Below are positions 26,501 through 40,500 of a DNA stretch of 64,000 nt, one piece after another. The stretch covers positions 630,940 to 694,939 of the forward strand of contig NMRA01000066.1 in assembly GCA_002633005.1 (NCBI GenBank), read 5' to 3'. The first letter of the stretch is position 1; each line of letters starts with the position of its first letter. The translations under genes were made by a program, and so were the position numbers. Source of the stretch: Phoronis australis. Lineage: Eukaryota; Animalia; Phoronida. The notes beneath the pieces were generated by a model. That model saw only the letters and a list, made by a program, of their open reading frames with translations, searched no databases and was not told where the DNA came from.

Positions 26501-29500
26501 TTTGGGGGCTGAAACTGATTTTTACTGCTTTTGGATGATTGCGTAAACTATTGGAAATAATGGGGTTAAAGGTTTCTGGCCAGAGCACCTTTTTGGGAGC
26601 TCGTCCGCATTCAACCCATAACATCAAATTCCTAGTTTGCAACGTTATGGCAAATCTGTAAAAACGTTGCAATTTCAGTTCCATCGTTATCCATAGAAAT
26701 GTGGCCCTGTGAAATGCTGATGTCACGTGACGCATAGACAACAGTTTCCAATGCAATAAACTAAGAATGCTTCCGTTGATGGTGTGCGGTTATTGCATAC
26801 GACAATGATATGAACAAATGCTGAATCACATACCTGGTAGTCTTACTAATAACTGTCGTGTCTGTCGCAGTGTCTTCTTGAAACCAACTTTAACCTCTTG
26901 AAGGAAAGGAGGATGTATGTTAGACTTATGTTCCAGGAATCATAGAACACCGTCATGATATTGTCAAAATATAAGTACATAAACAAAAATTATTTAAAAC
27001 CAAAGGCATAATGACGGCAGGACGTAAGATTATGAGCATATTTTAGATGCCGCTTGTGCGTAGATTGCCAATTTTCAATGTGTGAATCTCAAGATGTAAA
27101 ATGTAGATAGGTAGGTAATCGTTTACAGATCTCCTTTTTGTTCAGGTACCTTAGGTAATCATGCATTTGTTAACTCAGAACAGAGGATTTCATTACGTTT
27201 TCCTAACACCGATTAATTTTTGTGCCAGGAACACTTGGTAAAGTGCTTCAAAATTAATGTGATATTTTCAGCGAGAAATTTCAAAATGGCGCGAAATCGA
27301 ACCTATTGCTTCATAGTTCTGGTCAAACTTATAACTTCAAAAATCTACAATAATCCCATTTTTGGTTGAAAAACCATAATGTCACGTTAACTTTTGACTT
27401 AAGAATACATTAAGCACGACTGGACGGCATTAATTAACATTTAATCAAATCACCTTTATCCAGAACACTGAACGTGTCATCTTGTCGATCTATCGATTCT
27501 ACAGTGACGTCAATGTTTTGTGCCGAATCCACAGTCGCATAGTAAAAGTTTTCAGGCTGAAATTTTATATTTGTGTAAGATCAAACCGACATGAACTCTG
27601 AAAAAAAGTTACATCTAGCAGTAGCTCTATGAGGGCAGTCGTTGGTGATTAAATCGTAGGGGTTTAGAAGAGTTGGCATTGGGTAATATAACCCTCGTTA
27701 AAGCTGCCCTCTGACAAAGCGCCACCTATACTGAAAAGTGGCCCTGTGGAACCTGATGGACGACACATGGAATTCCGTTCCTGGGCATCAATGCGCATGC
27801 CTTAATCGAAAGTATACTGATCACATTGCCACCACTTACTCACGCCTTTATGTACTGTACTTGTTTTGGGCTTGATTTTGTTCAATTCGATCACTGCCCG
27901 TTTTAGTACATTGCAACTATTCAAGTCAAATGTGGTCTCCATACTACGTGACAGTAAACTGAAAGGGGTTTCCCAGATTTCAACCAGTGGGAATGACTGA
28001 ATGTTATGACGTCGGTTTCATTATTTTAACCAATGAGAAGCCATGTTAAACAACAATCTACAGTGCTACCTTTCATAGCACTGTGAAAGAGTGTTGACGT
28101 TAAGCATTCGTTCTCATGAAGCTTCTTCCGGTCTTCCATGTTGCAGCGACCTCACGTGACCAGGTTTTCACCTTACTTTACTGGGCTTTCGCTGAGAGAA
28201 GCTCACAGCAATTTACGTAATGAAGTTCGTAAATTATACATATTGTACTGACATTTTCATCCTTTATGTAAATTTTACGAACACGGATGTTAATTGCAAG
28301 ATTGGAGATTCGCCAGGCCACAGAAAAAGTTGAATACTCGCGTTGAACTCGAATTATTGCTAAAACGATAACGCTTGAGCAGTTTAACACAGGGTTAAAG
28401 ACTACAGAAACTGCAAAAGACTTACTATGTACACGATATCGCCAGGAAATTGAATGCACTCCAGCGGCCTTTGTTTCTTTGTCAGTTTCGGGTACACTGA
28501 GCTCAACCAGGTTACGGGACTAAACGCACGAGACACGCCTATATAATCAACATTGTTTATTTACTGATTCCCATAAACATTCAAATGTTGTGCTATGATC
28601 TGTGTGGTACAAGACTGCCATTCAATGAGGTACACTGAGAACACACGGGTTAAGTTACTATTGGCTCACATGCTAAATAAATTTCAGGTCTTATACCTTT
28701 GCTCGAGTTTTTGAGCTGATTGTTGGTTGCATTTCGTGTTGCAGCTAAGTATAACGACGTCTGTTTTTACGAGTCAATTAAGACTTAAAAGATTGAATAT
28801 TTTTCTTACTATCCCACTTCACAATTGCTGAAAAAGGTTTAGTGAAATAATCATAAGCGCATCATAATCCTGAGATATTTTATAGAAATTATCTCACAAA
28901 CTAGTAGTTAGTGTGTGTGTATTTTCAGACTTCGCACTTTTGATCAGGGAAGATTTTGATTATTCTATGGAAGTAGCCGTGTAAAGCGAAGGCCAAATTA
29001 CTGACTCAAGTATTAAATGACTTTTCATGAAACAGATACAAGGCCATGGAACCTGATTATTCTTAATAAAATCACCGTTGTCTAGTATACATGTGAATGT
29101 AAGTCGATAAAAGGTTTTGCGAATACTTACCACCAGGGGGTGTTGTTTCCTTGGGATACACAAACCATCGTCGTTGTCCGGATATAAGACCATTCCATAA
29201 TTCTGAACCCCGCTTAAAGCTGAGGTAATTTGTGGCGGCACTGACGGAAATGTATGTCGCAAAGTCACCCTGACGATGATAAGTCCTTAGAGTTAGTGCA
29301 GAACATTAAAATGAAGGCCGATCACTTACTGATGGTACATGGGTCAAAGGGGAATGATAACAACTATAACAAAGATTTTTTTTGTTGACAATTAAAAACA
29401 TTGTGAGTTTTTCAAAAGGTACAGGATTTTACCTTCTGAATTTGAGTTACTGCTTGTTGGCGAGAACCGATTATGGTCACTCAAAATAAAAACAACAATT

Positions 29501-32500
29501 TAGGCTCGCATGTTTTCGAACGAGATGCACTGTAATGGCTCGATCGGGAAAATTTTGTAGAAAGAAGCGTGTTAATGTTTTTAATTCGCGGCTACATTTC
29601 GTTCCGTTCCAGCATTAGCATGTACCCCCTCTATTGTTCAGAATGTGAACAGAGATTTTACCCGGTGCTCATTATTTTCTTCAACAATGATTTTCTAGCT
29701 TGCACTGTGACGTTCGCTTCTTGAGAGACCAGGCTAAAGTTGAACAGCTATCTCGAAGCGAGAAAAACCTAGCCACGTGCTCTCATTGAAAATACACAGC
29801 AACATCTGGTTGAATATCTCGACATCTTGTTCTTCACTGATATCTGGGTTCAGGATCTAATCTTTTTACTCAAAGATGCATTTGTCATTTAGCGTTCTCC
29901 TTCAACACTAGCTTTAAGACAATCATATACATGTATTAGTCTGTACTTGAGTATATTTTGAATTACAAACCATGTGTACTGGTCCCAGCTAGATTCGAGC
30001 CACAAATTCGACCTTTCGAGTAAAAACACAAATTTCAGAGTTCAAACTCCAACTTACAAGTAAATGAGAAATCTTCGAATGCATTTTTTCTTCAAGGCTA
30101 TGATAATTGATTAACGCAAAAAAATTAGAAAATCCGTCTACCGGTTGTGTAGAAAATAAAAACCCGCAATGTCGTAAACGTGAACGGGGATAAAAGCATT
30201 ATAAGCAAAACGTTGAAGCTTCATCATTCTTCGGCTAAGCTACTCGACTTATTTCACGAAACATACCGAATTTTATAGTAAACCGAGAGACCTCTTACTG
30301 AAGAATCCATCTCCATCATTTCCGTTAACAATCGGATATTTGACATTTTAGCCTCCTGTAGTAAGACATCGAGCTTATCCAGGAGACATTGCATTTCACT
30401 CACTCGTGTGATTTTGCGTGTTCTTCCGTAATCTCGCTATCTCTACAAAACGCACCATGTTCAGACAAAACAGCTCCTAGAAACAAAAGTTCATTTGTGC
30501 GTACGGTTAGTGCGCCTTCACGATTCTTATGGTTTATTAAAGCAGCAAACTGATACAATGCGCCTCTACTCACCAGGTGGCGAGACCGGCTCGACCTTGG
30601 GTCGACTAACCGAGAATTGCGACAGCCCGTCATCCAATAATAACGTTCAGCAAATAGACAATTAATGGGTATTGCAATCAGAGGAAATAAAGTCCTGTTA
30701 TCAAAAGCAGAAATGGGCACTAAGTATTGCTGTTGTTTCCTGATATTACAAGATAAAAACTATTATAATAATAATCAGGAGCCGAGATATTGTATAAGTC
30801 GAAATCGAACTCGAAAACATTTTAACATTTTCCGATCTGCTTTGCTATAAACTCAAGATACGTGTCTGCCTTTGTATGCTAGAGTATATTGTGATTTACG
30901 TGGGTGACATTTGATGACAAATATCCATTGTTAATTGCAATGATGGGCATGGTTTCTTCCGTAAGAGGTCTCTCGATTTACTGCAAAAATCGGTAGGTTT
31001 CGCGAAATAAGTTGAGTAACTTAGCCGAACAATACTGACGCCTCAACGTTCTGCTTATAATGCGTTTATCTCCGTTCACGGTTACGACATAGCGGATTTT
31101 TATTTTCTTTGCAACCGTAGACGGATTTTCACAATTTCTGCGTTAATCCATTATCTTCGTCATGAAGAAAAAAATGCTTTCGTGGATTTCTCATTTAATT
31201 TTTTGACTTATCAATCAACCGTTAAACAAGGAGCATTGTCGCCATTCCTGTTTTCAAAGTAAAGTTACTGAGACTTTTTATATATTTATTTAAACAAAGT
31301 ACAGTGTATTTCACAGTACTAAAAGCAGAACACACAAACACGTACACATACATACATCACAAACACACCCGGCATCAGAATATTATCAAAGACGAAAATA
31401 TACAAATAGATGAAACACTTGAGTACCCAGAAGCTATTTCATAACGCNAAAATGCTTTCGTGGATTTCTCATTTAATTTTTTGACTTATCAATCAACCGT
31501 TAAACAAGGAGCATTGTCGCCATTCCTGTTTTCAAAGTAAAGTTACTGAGACTTTTTATATATTTATTTAAACAAAGTATTTCACAGTACTAAAAGCAGA
31601 ACACACAAACACGTACACATACATACATCACAAACACACCCGGCATCAGAATATTATCAAAGACGAAAATATACAAATATATGAAACACTTGAGTACCCA
31701 GAAGCTATTTCATAACGCATGTAATAGTGGAAAAACTAGTTCCACGCAATTTGAAACCCTTTGATGACTTTTTGTGTCTTCTGGTGGTCTACTGATAAAT
31801 TGTCTTTATTGGCATTTCTGTCGGTCACGCATCCATCCACTGTCAAAGTTTCAAGTTTGATTGTTAGTTCATACTATGTCTAGATGCTGTAAACATAATT
31901 ATGTGAAACGTTATCAAGGAGTTTATAGGTCCGTAAACACGCAGTATATGGTTAATTCGAGCGGATATTTTTCCGGTATATCGTTGATCGGCGTTGCTGG
32001 CCTCTCAATTGCACTGGAAACAATCAAACGGCTTTCTTACACCGCGCATGATTGTGTGGCTAAGATAGCGAACTATCCTTGTGTTAACATGTTTCCGCCA
32101 CTTAGTTGGCAGGAATGCATTAGCTTGATTGACGTTTCGGAACTGTTGCATTGCCGAGCAATGTTCGAAACATTGGGGAATGCATCAGAGGTGATGGTGC
32201 TTCGGGGTGACCGATATCCAACAATTATTTGTGTGGTCTAAAATTGCGTCTCACTCTATCCGCGAAAGGTTTTTGCAGAATAAGTAGAATACCTGTTTAT
32301 GTAAACACAGTACTAGCATATTTTACCGATGAACAGAATGTATATGTTAATTCAAATATGAAAGTTTATTTGACATGTGGAACAATAATTGCTTGTACGA
32401 CGACCTACCTGTAACTTGAGAAGGTGTTTAATATCAACATGATCGATGAGTTTTTGATTTGACACGAAATCATCGGGTAAGACGAATCTGAAAACAACAT

Positions 32501-34241
32501 AAACATCATTTATATTCGAGGTCATATCCCAAAATCAATTTTTTTGGATTGTACGGATTGTCTTGCGTGATCACGACCCCTGCCGTCTGATTTTGCTACT
32601 TTTGCAAGAACGCATCACCCGGAATTAAGGCATGTGAGAAAGCATGGACACAATTTCTTGGTAATTGGCTCATTAGGGCATTCACGCAAACAAAATAACC
32701 GTGTTCTTTCATGAAAGTGCAACACGGGCCTTCACGTTAACAACGCTTGTTTCTCACGGATACAATTTTTTTCTCACTAACTGTAGTGTTGTTCTTGTCT
32801 CATACAGCGAGCAAACGTCTTTCCTCGTAGTTGTAGCGCAGACAAAACTGATACATTGTACCCACACCTGTGCTCATGTGTCCTAACGGAAACTGAAAAC
32901 ATTTGATTCCTGGAGAAAGACATGTGTTCATAAAGCGAAAATGCGGTGCCTGAGAAAATAATAAAATCTTCAAGAAAAAGAAAAACGTCAGTCAGAGCGG
33001 GGACATTTTCTAGCGTAAAACGAAGCTATAATTTGTATTGTTTCACGTGTCTTGTGCGTCTAGACATGGACAATCGATTTCAAAATGAGTTTTGGTATAG
33101 TCCCTAATCCACTGCACTAGTTTACATTCGGTCGTGACAAATCCTTCTCGCATAGGCTAACAACTTACATCTGAGTCGCATGCTGGCTGAAACGCTAGCG
33201 TTTTCGCTGGCACCTTCGTTAGGAGAAAAAACACCAGTAACAAGGTCTACGCTCGCAAAGATCACTTTTACTGGCACTTTGTTGGAGGTTTGAGCTACCC
33301 CAAAACTTCTGACGTTTTCGTTAACCCTTTTGCAGGTAGACCACTTATTTCATAGGACACACTCATGCAGTGTTGAAAGGCCTTGTTCTATCGTCAAATC
33401 GATAAATTTATGTCACACTGTGAACATATTTTGACACCAATATTCGCTTAAAACGGACTCGGGGGTTAGGAAACAAACTAACTGCTGTCAAAAAGTACTC
33501 CTTCCCTGAGAACTCGTCAGCCTGGCTAAAACTCTAGCGTTTTCGGCGCTATCTCTGCACGATATCTCTGCAGCATTGCAATGGACAAAATAATATATGA
33601 TTTTCCAGCTTCTGTGTTTCTCGCCATGGCGACCAAGGTAATGCATGTACGCTTTCCATTTTTATTTTTTGATCACATCAATTGAAATAATATTTTAACT
33701 ATGCTAAACAACGAATAGGCAAACTTTAATCATCTTAAGTTGTGGTTTCTTACCTGTTTGATTTTGCACCAAAGGCGAAACTGTCATTTTTTGTCTGGAG
33801 AAACTCTTCAAAGGGAAGACGAGCAGCGCTTCGTTTATGATCAGTAGCTTTTTGACGCCACTTCCTCTCCAAATTTTGCAATTTAGCTACAGAAAACTTG
33901 GCTGAATTCGTCCAACTATGTTGGTTTTTCTTAAAAGTAATTATCATTGGGTCCTTATTTCGATAATCGTTCAACAACAAAGTATCGAGGTTGACCAACT
34001 TAATATTACACAGTGCATCCGAATGCGTTTCCTGCGACGAAACGTGCGACACCATCGCGTCGTCTGCTACCCGTAAAATTGTCGTGTGGTGTTGATGCGC
34101 TGTTCGCAGAAAGTGAAATCCGCATTTGTAGTGATATATACACAAACAAGTTACCGCCAAAACAAATGCTGATCCGAAATTTCTAAAACCTCTAACTAAT
34201 GTGCTTTGTTTCCCATCACTGCCACTGTTCTCAGGCGCCAT
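23577..34241 (-). CDS. JMJD8-like JmjC/cupin protein with N-terminal hydrophobic anchor, degenerate metal site, C-terminal TPR-like repeats and C-terminal SSEL (~460 aa)
   Basis: Exons (minus): 34241-33754, 32487-32409, 29269-29131, 28538-28426, 27556-27454, 26896-26834, 24856-24711, 24329-24192, 23690-23577, all GT-AG and phase-consistent (1383 nt). Start context ttcaaaATGGCG. JmjC motifs: LWNGLISGQRRWFVYPKETTPPG, WLSSVYPKL...RPLECIQFPGDIVYIPENFYYATVD. TPR-like: AINILSQILLMDPYNTRACTTLA, GRVKEASKIFKRALKQKPGSAVYLEYGEFL, ALDQFLEAYALRPD. Confidence 0.85.
25330..25575. mobile_element. MITE-like copy related to 5031-5254
   Basis: Shared ggcaaaaaggtccgcc...acaaaaagtccaag...gacaaaagtccac and gagcccc motifs. 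Confidence 0.5.
30061..31197. mobile_element. Diverged foldback/non-autonomous DNA transposon with ~290-bp inverted arms, in intron 2 of the JmjC gene
   Basis: 30061-~30350 (taaatgagaaatc...aatccgtctaccggttg...gagagacctcttac) is an imperfect reverse complement of ~30910-31197 (gtaagaggtctctc...caaccgtagacggatttt...gatttctcattta). Confidence 0.7.
31171..31718 (+). repeat. ~275-bp direct duplication around a single N (31448); probable assembly overlap
   Basis: 31171-31447 vs 31449-31718; visible differences are a 7-bp indel and one substitution. Confidence 0.8.
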
Positions 34242-37200
34242 TTTGAACGTCTGTGTCAACGGTGCGCTGTAACGTCTTCCCTCGTCCCTGTGATTGACGG
34301 AAAGACTCGTCCTTCTTGGAGACCGTTCCCTTGCGAGTTCAAATGACCTTCGTCTACCAGTAGGTCGTATGGTCAACCTAGTGCCAATGGCCATGATGAT
34401 TCGAGGTTTTTATGTCCACGAAAAACTGACAATCCGACCACTTATGACATGATCAACTCACTTGATTAGTTACGTGAATGACCACTCCTTTCCTTTCCGA
34501 GGTTTCAAAAAGATCAATTCTCGGCCATTGCGTTTCAGTTGTTCTCGTAATTCTGCAGCTGAACTCTATTGCCGTTTAGAACGACGCCGCGGCATTAGAC
34601 TTGTGTCTAACCACTAATCACTAGTTCGTCACTGAAGCCACCGTTGTCAATCGATTAGGGACTGTCATGTGAGCGGTTAGTTGTACATGGAAGATAGGTT
34701 CACCATATGCATCTCAAAAATACAGCACTGTGCCAGTTGATGACTTAACTCATTGGTTAAAACTAATCAACGGCTACTGCTCTTAATCACAAGCTGTAGA
34801 ACCCTCTCTAGTTCTTTATCAAATGTGAAGTACATTGCACTAATACACGTACATATACGAATGAATAGACTGTGTTCGCAGCAATTTCCAACTTAAGCCG
34901 ATAGTTCGAAGTGATTAAATTTAATTGCGCGTAGGAATTAATCATATCATGCTTATTAAAAAAATCTTGTGTAGTCAGCTTAACTACAATGGGGGGCTAA
35001 TGCACGTATTGACCATCGCTAATACGACTACTAATAGTGCATTATTCACTGCAATAAACTGTGGTGTTTTGCAAACTGACAATCTAGAATGTTAACACGA
35101 ACAGCACTCACGAACATACTTGCCAACATAGTCAACAGATTCCCAAGACCCGAAGTGCCAACTTCCTTATTACCCTAAACTGTACAATGGTCCATGCTGC
35201 ACTTGCTGATTTGATCAACACATTAGGCATTGTGTACTAGTCCCCAAAAACTGTGTAAATGTACTTTACGCGTAGGGCTTGACGATAGAACACGCGTAAG
35301 TGTCGTCGGCTAAATGGGGAATCTCGAGTAAATTGTTGTTTGGCAGATGTGCGCACAATCCAAATTTACACTTTGTGAACCCTATATTCCAGATACTTAT
35401 CGAGATCCAATTCAAAATTTCGAGTTCAAATTCGAACTATCAATGAATTGTCGAAATACTCATGTACTTGTATGACCACTATGTACTCGAGCACAAAATC
35501 TTAGACAAATATTTAGAGTAAGAAGAAGAAGTATCATAGAGCACAAATATAGAAAATTGCACGTGCTCAGGTGGGGTTTCGCAGCCCAGGTGTTTAGTTA
35601 ATAAGCCATCTCCTTGGTGACTGACTACTCATGAGAACTTCGCTTGTCAAGTCATTTCAAATAACATACTAATTAACAGGTAAGTGGCTAGGGTGATTCC
35701 TACATCTCTCCTGCGCGTTATTATTCTATCATTTTGGCTTATACAATCGCCGAGGGAGAGTATAAATGCTACGTTCTTCAATATCCAATGACTAAACGCC
35801 GATATTATTGCGTTTTACTATCACTCCGTTGGGAAAACAAAGAGTGTACCTGTACGTCTCCTCAGCTATCGTCGAAATTACCAAGTGTAATAATAGGTCA
35901 CGCAGTGATTATGTGGTACCTTTATTTCGCTAATTGAAATAGGAATTGAATAGAGCTCCCCTTTGTGATTGTGAGTGTTTGAGCTGACTATTTCATTTGT
36001 TTGGAGATACTCCATAGAAATTTCATTTATTGGTGAGTGTTTCGTCTCTATTGGTGAAAGTTTTGTATTTGTTGATTCTTTCATGACAGCGGGCGCGTGT
36101 TCTGTGACTCGGATGTCATTCGACGAGTTTAGTGGGCAAAACTAATCCACTCGAAAATGGAAAATTACCTGATTGGAAGTCGGCCAACGAAAGCTGAGTA
36201 ACATACAAGAGCCAAGATTCACGCCAGTAACGCTATTGCAGTCACGTGCTTTAATTGCAATGCATAACGATATTTTGCGAAACTTTCAGTCGCTTGTGTG
36301 TTGCATTTCCGGAACCGGCACTGGGTTAGCATAAAGTCTCTTTAGCGTTATTGCGATCCTGACGGCGGCAAAGAGGAACGAATGAGCTCTTAGACATTAA
36401 AGTGGCGTAGACTGTGAAAACCAGAAATCATTCAAAGTGGCTACCTGTCACTAAAACAGATTTCAAACTGTTCACTGGGTATTTTTAAGGATTGTTTGTA
36501 AAGATTTCGAATTTCTGCTGATGTTAAAGCATTTTCCTTTAGTTTCAAATTTCAAAAAAGAAAACTATCTGTCAACTGCTTATCATTTCTTCAATTTCTC
36601 TCACACAAAACAAAGCACGTCTCATCATGTAGTATGGCAAGACATAGACGTTGCACATTTTTCCTATATGGAAAATGTGCGTTTTTAAACAGCATTATTG
36701 AATACTACGTGAACACTACACGTGGTAAAGCTTTTGAATTTTGAAAATCGGACAAGAAATAGGACTTGTATAACTTTTGAACAATTTGCCCATTGCTTGA
36801 ATCAGTGAGCTTATGAATATGACATACGGTACTTTTTTAATCAGCAGGGTGCATTGAAATGTTTCATATTCAAAATTTTTGTAAATAATTTACAAAACCT
36901 TTCATGAGCTTTTGAAATATGATGTTGAGAAATATGACATCCAGTTATGACGTTTTTAGGGGACTATTTTACACATCTAGTAAATTAAACAGGAAGTAAG
37001 CAGTTCGTCGGTATAGAAAGATGGAAAAAATGTGCAAAGGGATAGCTACAACATCAACGAAAACGCATATGCAATCGACTAGGTGGGGTGATGATTTGAA
37101 GAAGTGCTATGGAGCATGCACAAAATCTTCACAAGTGGCAGGAGTGAGTGCGGGTGGTATGCTGGCACGATGTCAATTTTCGCCTTGTCAAATTCCACTT

Positions 37201-37534
37201 GCATTGCGCTATTTCGAAGTTCATAAATTTCGGTTGATTTCTATTTTATATCATTTTTGTTTTCAATTTAGATCCTAACTCGGCCTAAAGTGGACGATCT
37301 CATAAACCGTTATAATGTTGAACCTATACTCTTTCTCCATAATGAAAAATCTGAATGAACTGAGAATTCTCCATTATGTCATTTTTTCATTTGTTTTTGA
37401 ACTTAGGTCAAGCCCATAGACATATACCCATATCTATGATCAAAGAACGGCACTAGTGTGCGCCATGCTAAGATCACAAAGCAATGCTTTACACTTCAGC
37501 GAGAATGCACGTGCTTTGGTTCTGCACTGACCAA

Positions 37535-40500
37535 TAGTCCAGTAATTCTAGGGTTCCACAGAATCCAACCTAAAAAAATTGCAACAGAAGGTTTTCTTGC
37601 ATAAATGGCATCTTCAAACATCCCTTGGTGACGGAAAAAAATTCTACCAAAATCGGAAAGGCGGAAGTCGGTTTTTCAAGATGGCGGAAAAATGGCTGCC
37701 AAAACCGGTGTTTACTGCTTTTTGGCATGTTACTCTTATGCAACAGCTCAAAATAACACAGCAAAGCTTGTCATTGGTTGTACACTTTTCATAACAGGCA
37801 TACCTATTAAAAGATGCCAATTTCTGTAAAATAAAACCAATATGGCCGACAAAATGGCGGCCGAAACGACAATTTGGTACATGTTGCAAAATTTCTTTTC
37901 ATATTTTGCCCTAAAAATGACAAAATTTCTATGCATTTGTAAGTTCGACAATTGAAAATATCTGGACCTCACTGATGGTAACTTATTGGAGACAAAAACA
38001 TCAAGATGGCTAACAAAATGGCCGCCAACTCACAAATAACTCCAGTTTACATGTACCTCATGTGCATTCTGGAAACTTTGTTTGTAACCTGAGAAGCAAT
38101 AAATAAAACATTTTACAATCTACAGTTAAGCTTAATGAGTTGATTCTTTATAAAGTTTGTTTTTATGATATAGGTACTAATTGTGGAATTTTAATCACAT
38201 TTTAGATTAATTGACGTAAAATTTGGTGTTTTTCAGAAAAAGCATTAGTTATATTTTCATAAAGAATTCCACACACTCAATTATTTTTCTGTAAAATATA
38301 TTCATTTGAGGCATCAAAAATAATATTTGTTAGAAAAATATGTAATTCTGGTGGAATTATTGGCTTATTTAGAACACAAACCCTGAATCAAATTGGGCAG
38401 GAAGTGACTTTTCTCTCTGCTATTGGAGATATTGTCAGTTGTTCCCATGCAAAGATTTCGTCTGCTACTGACATGAGTGGAGAATTTGGCAGCTGATTTC
38501 ACCTGAATTTGATGAAAAATAAATTTGTGTAACAAAAAGTTGATAATTAAATGTTTAGCATTTAGTTCTCAAAATTGCATGCTTTTAATGAACATAGGTA
38601 ACTGATTTCAGAGGAAATTAGTGCCAGAAAAAACAAACGACAGTGATCTGCAGTCACTTGTTCTTAGCCAGGCTTGGCGGATTTCATATTGAGATGAGCT
38701 TTCTGGGATTTATTGGATAAGTAATGTCAGGCAACAGGTTTCAAGCTATTGACACAGTGTATGCACCAAACAGTGTGATCCACATATTAAATTGAAAAAG
38801 TGTGGATAGAGGAGTGAGGGAGCATTTGTTGGTAGACTCAGCACTGAATGTTATCATCACAGCCAGAGCATCCAACATCCCACTCAGATTCCCTTAGCCC
38901 CAGACAACTTTTACGATGCCTATCCAGCACGCCCTTTGTATTGATGTAGATCTGAGCTAATGAAGTGGAAAGGTAATAGCTAGCATTAACTGTCTCGACA
39001 ATGGTTGTTGTTAGTACCCCCAATGTGGTTTTCTCTGACATTTGCAGAGTTACAGCCTGCAACTCTGGAGAGTAGTTTTACCTTGGTACATTATAAATAT
39101 TACAAAATGACTAAAAAGGTTAACTTAACAAAGGGCCACTTCCCAAAGGAACGGTATGTTTCATATTGGTTTTCGTTATTTAATTTTTAATGCTTCTGCC
39201 CACTTGTTTTTTTTCTTACCGAAAACGGATTGATAACTTTTTATCTATGTTTTAAACTTGAAGTACCAATGAAAACACTGGTAGATTTTGATCGCCAGCG
39301 TAAAAATTAGTTAAGTTCATTGTGAGTCCATACCTGAACTTTCCACATTACAGGTAGCCCTACACTTAACATTTCACGTGTCATTCATTTATAACAACCT
39401 TTATTAGAACTCAAATCATAAAATATATACAAAAGTGAAAATATGGTGATAACCAGAACTGAAGATTTGGAATTTTTGAACAATTTCGGTGGCACTGACC
39501 ATATAACTATTTTAGCTCTTTGTCAGTAATAAAAAATGAAAAATGGGCACAATTTAAGTACATTCCATTGTTTCCTGGTCTAAAATCTGATTAAACGAGA
39601 TTGAAAGAATATAAAAAATGAATCTATGTGATATTGTTAACTCTGATCAGCGTTTGTATATCCAACGAGTATATCAATACGCGCGGTAGTTTATCTTCAA
39701 TCGTACCCAATGGTTGTGGTTTTTAGATTACTAGTTCATGGATTTTTAAAAACCGGAAACCGTATTTGATTGTTGTTTTTCCAACTCAATAGCGTTTTTA
39801 ACGAAAATTATTGGTTAATGCATCTTGATGCATCACGTAAAAACAGAGATGTTTAATACAGTTTATGGTCGGGTAATTGGGTCTTGCTCGCATCGGGCAA
39901 TGCGGTCATCACAACTGTACCTGACACTTGCGCCGCGCTCTCTTTGGTCCTGGTACAAGCCCCTCAGAAGGATGAGCGGTGAAAATTCCTGCATATCTTT
40001 AGAAAGGCATGACTTCCTTGTAAGCGTATTATTCATGGTATGTGACAGATCAAGTAACGCCAATCCAGAACCAATGACTTCAGGATTTCAAGAACGAAGT
40101 TCCGGTTCTTCAGAAATTCCAGGAGTCCCGAATGTCACCAACACAGAACACATATTCTGTGCCAAGAGACAGAGCAATTCGATGCTTGTACACAAACGTT
40201 GGCTCGTCAGAATATATGGAGACAGATTTTTCAGACATCCCAACTGATGACATAACTATAGATGTATACATCGGGACATGCAATGTACAGGCAGTGTCTT
40301 CCGATTCTGAACATTGGATTACAGTGAAATACACACACAATAGTTCACTCCTGGTTTCCGACATACTGCCACTGGTATATTTAAACAGTACTAAATCAGA
40401 GTATAGGTCTTCAGAATTTGCAGTGACAGAATGGTTTGTCAGAATAATCGACGGCCACTGGTATACTTGATGATGATTTGAAAGCTGGTCTGAAGCTGTA

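Noticed and set aside
31171-31718. Apparent recent tandem duplication
   Set aside because: Single N at the junction and only allele-level differences indicate a scaffolding overlap.
32868-32949. Candidate extra exon in JmjC intron 1 with plausible AG/GT ends
   Set aside because: In the phase required after exon 1 it hits a stop (AGG CAC CGC ATT TTC GCT TTA TGA); exon 1 joins 32487 in frame without it.
34242-34394. Upstream in-frame ATG adding 51 aa to the JmjC protein
   Set aside because: The extension is Arg/Ser-rich and UTR-like; ATG 34241 has a strong caaaATGGCG context and puts the hydrophobic anchor near the N-terminus. Not formally excluded.
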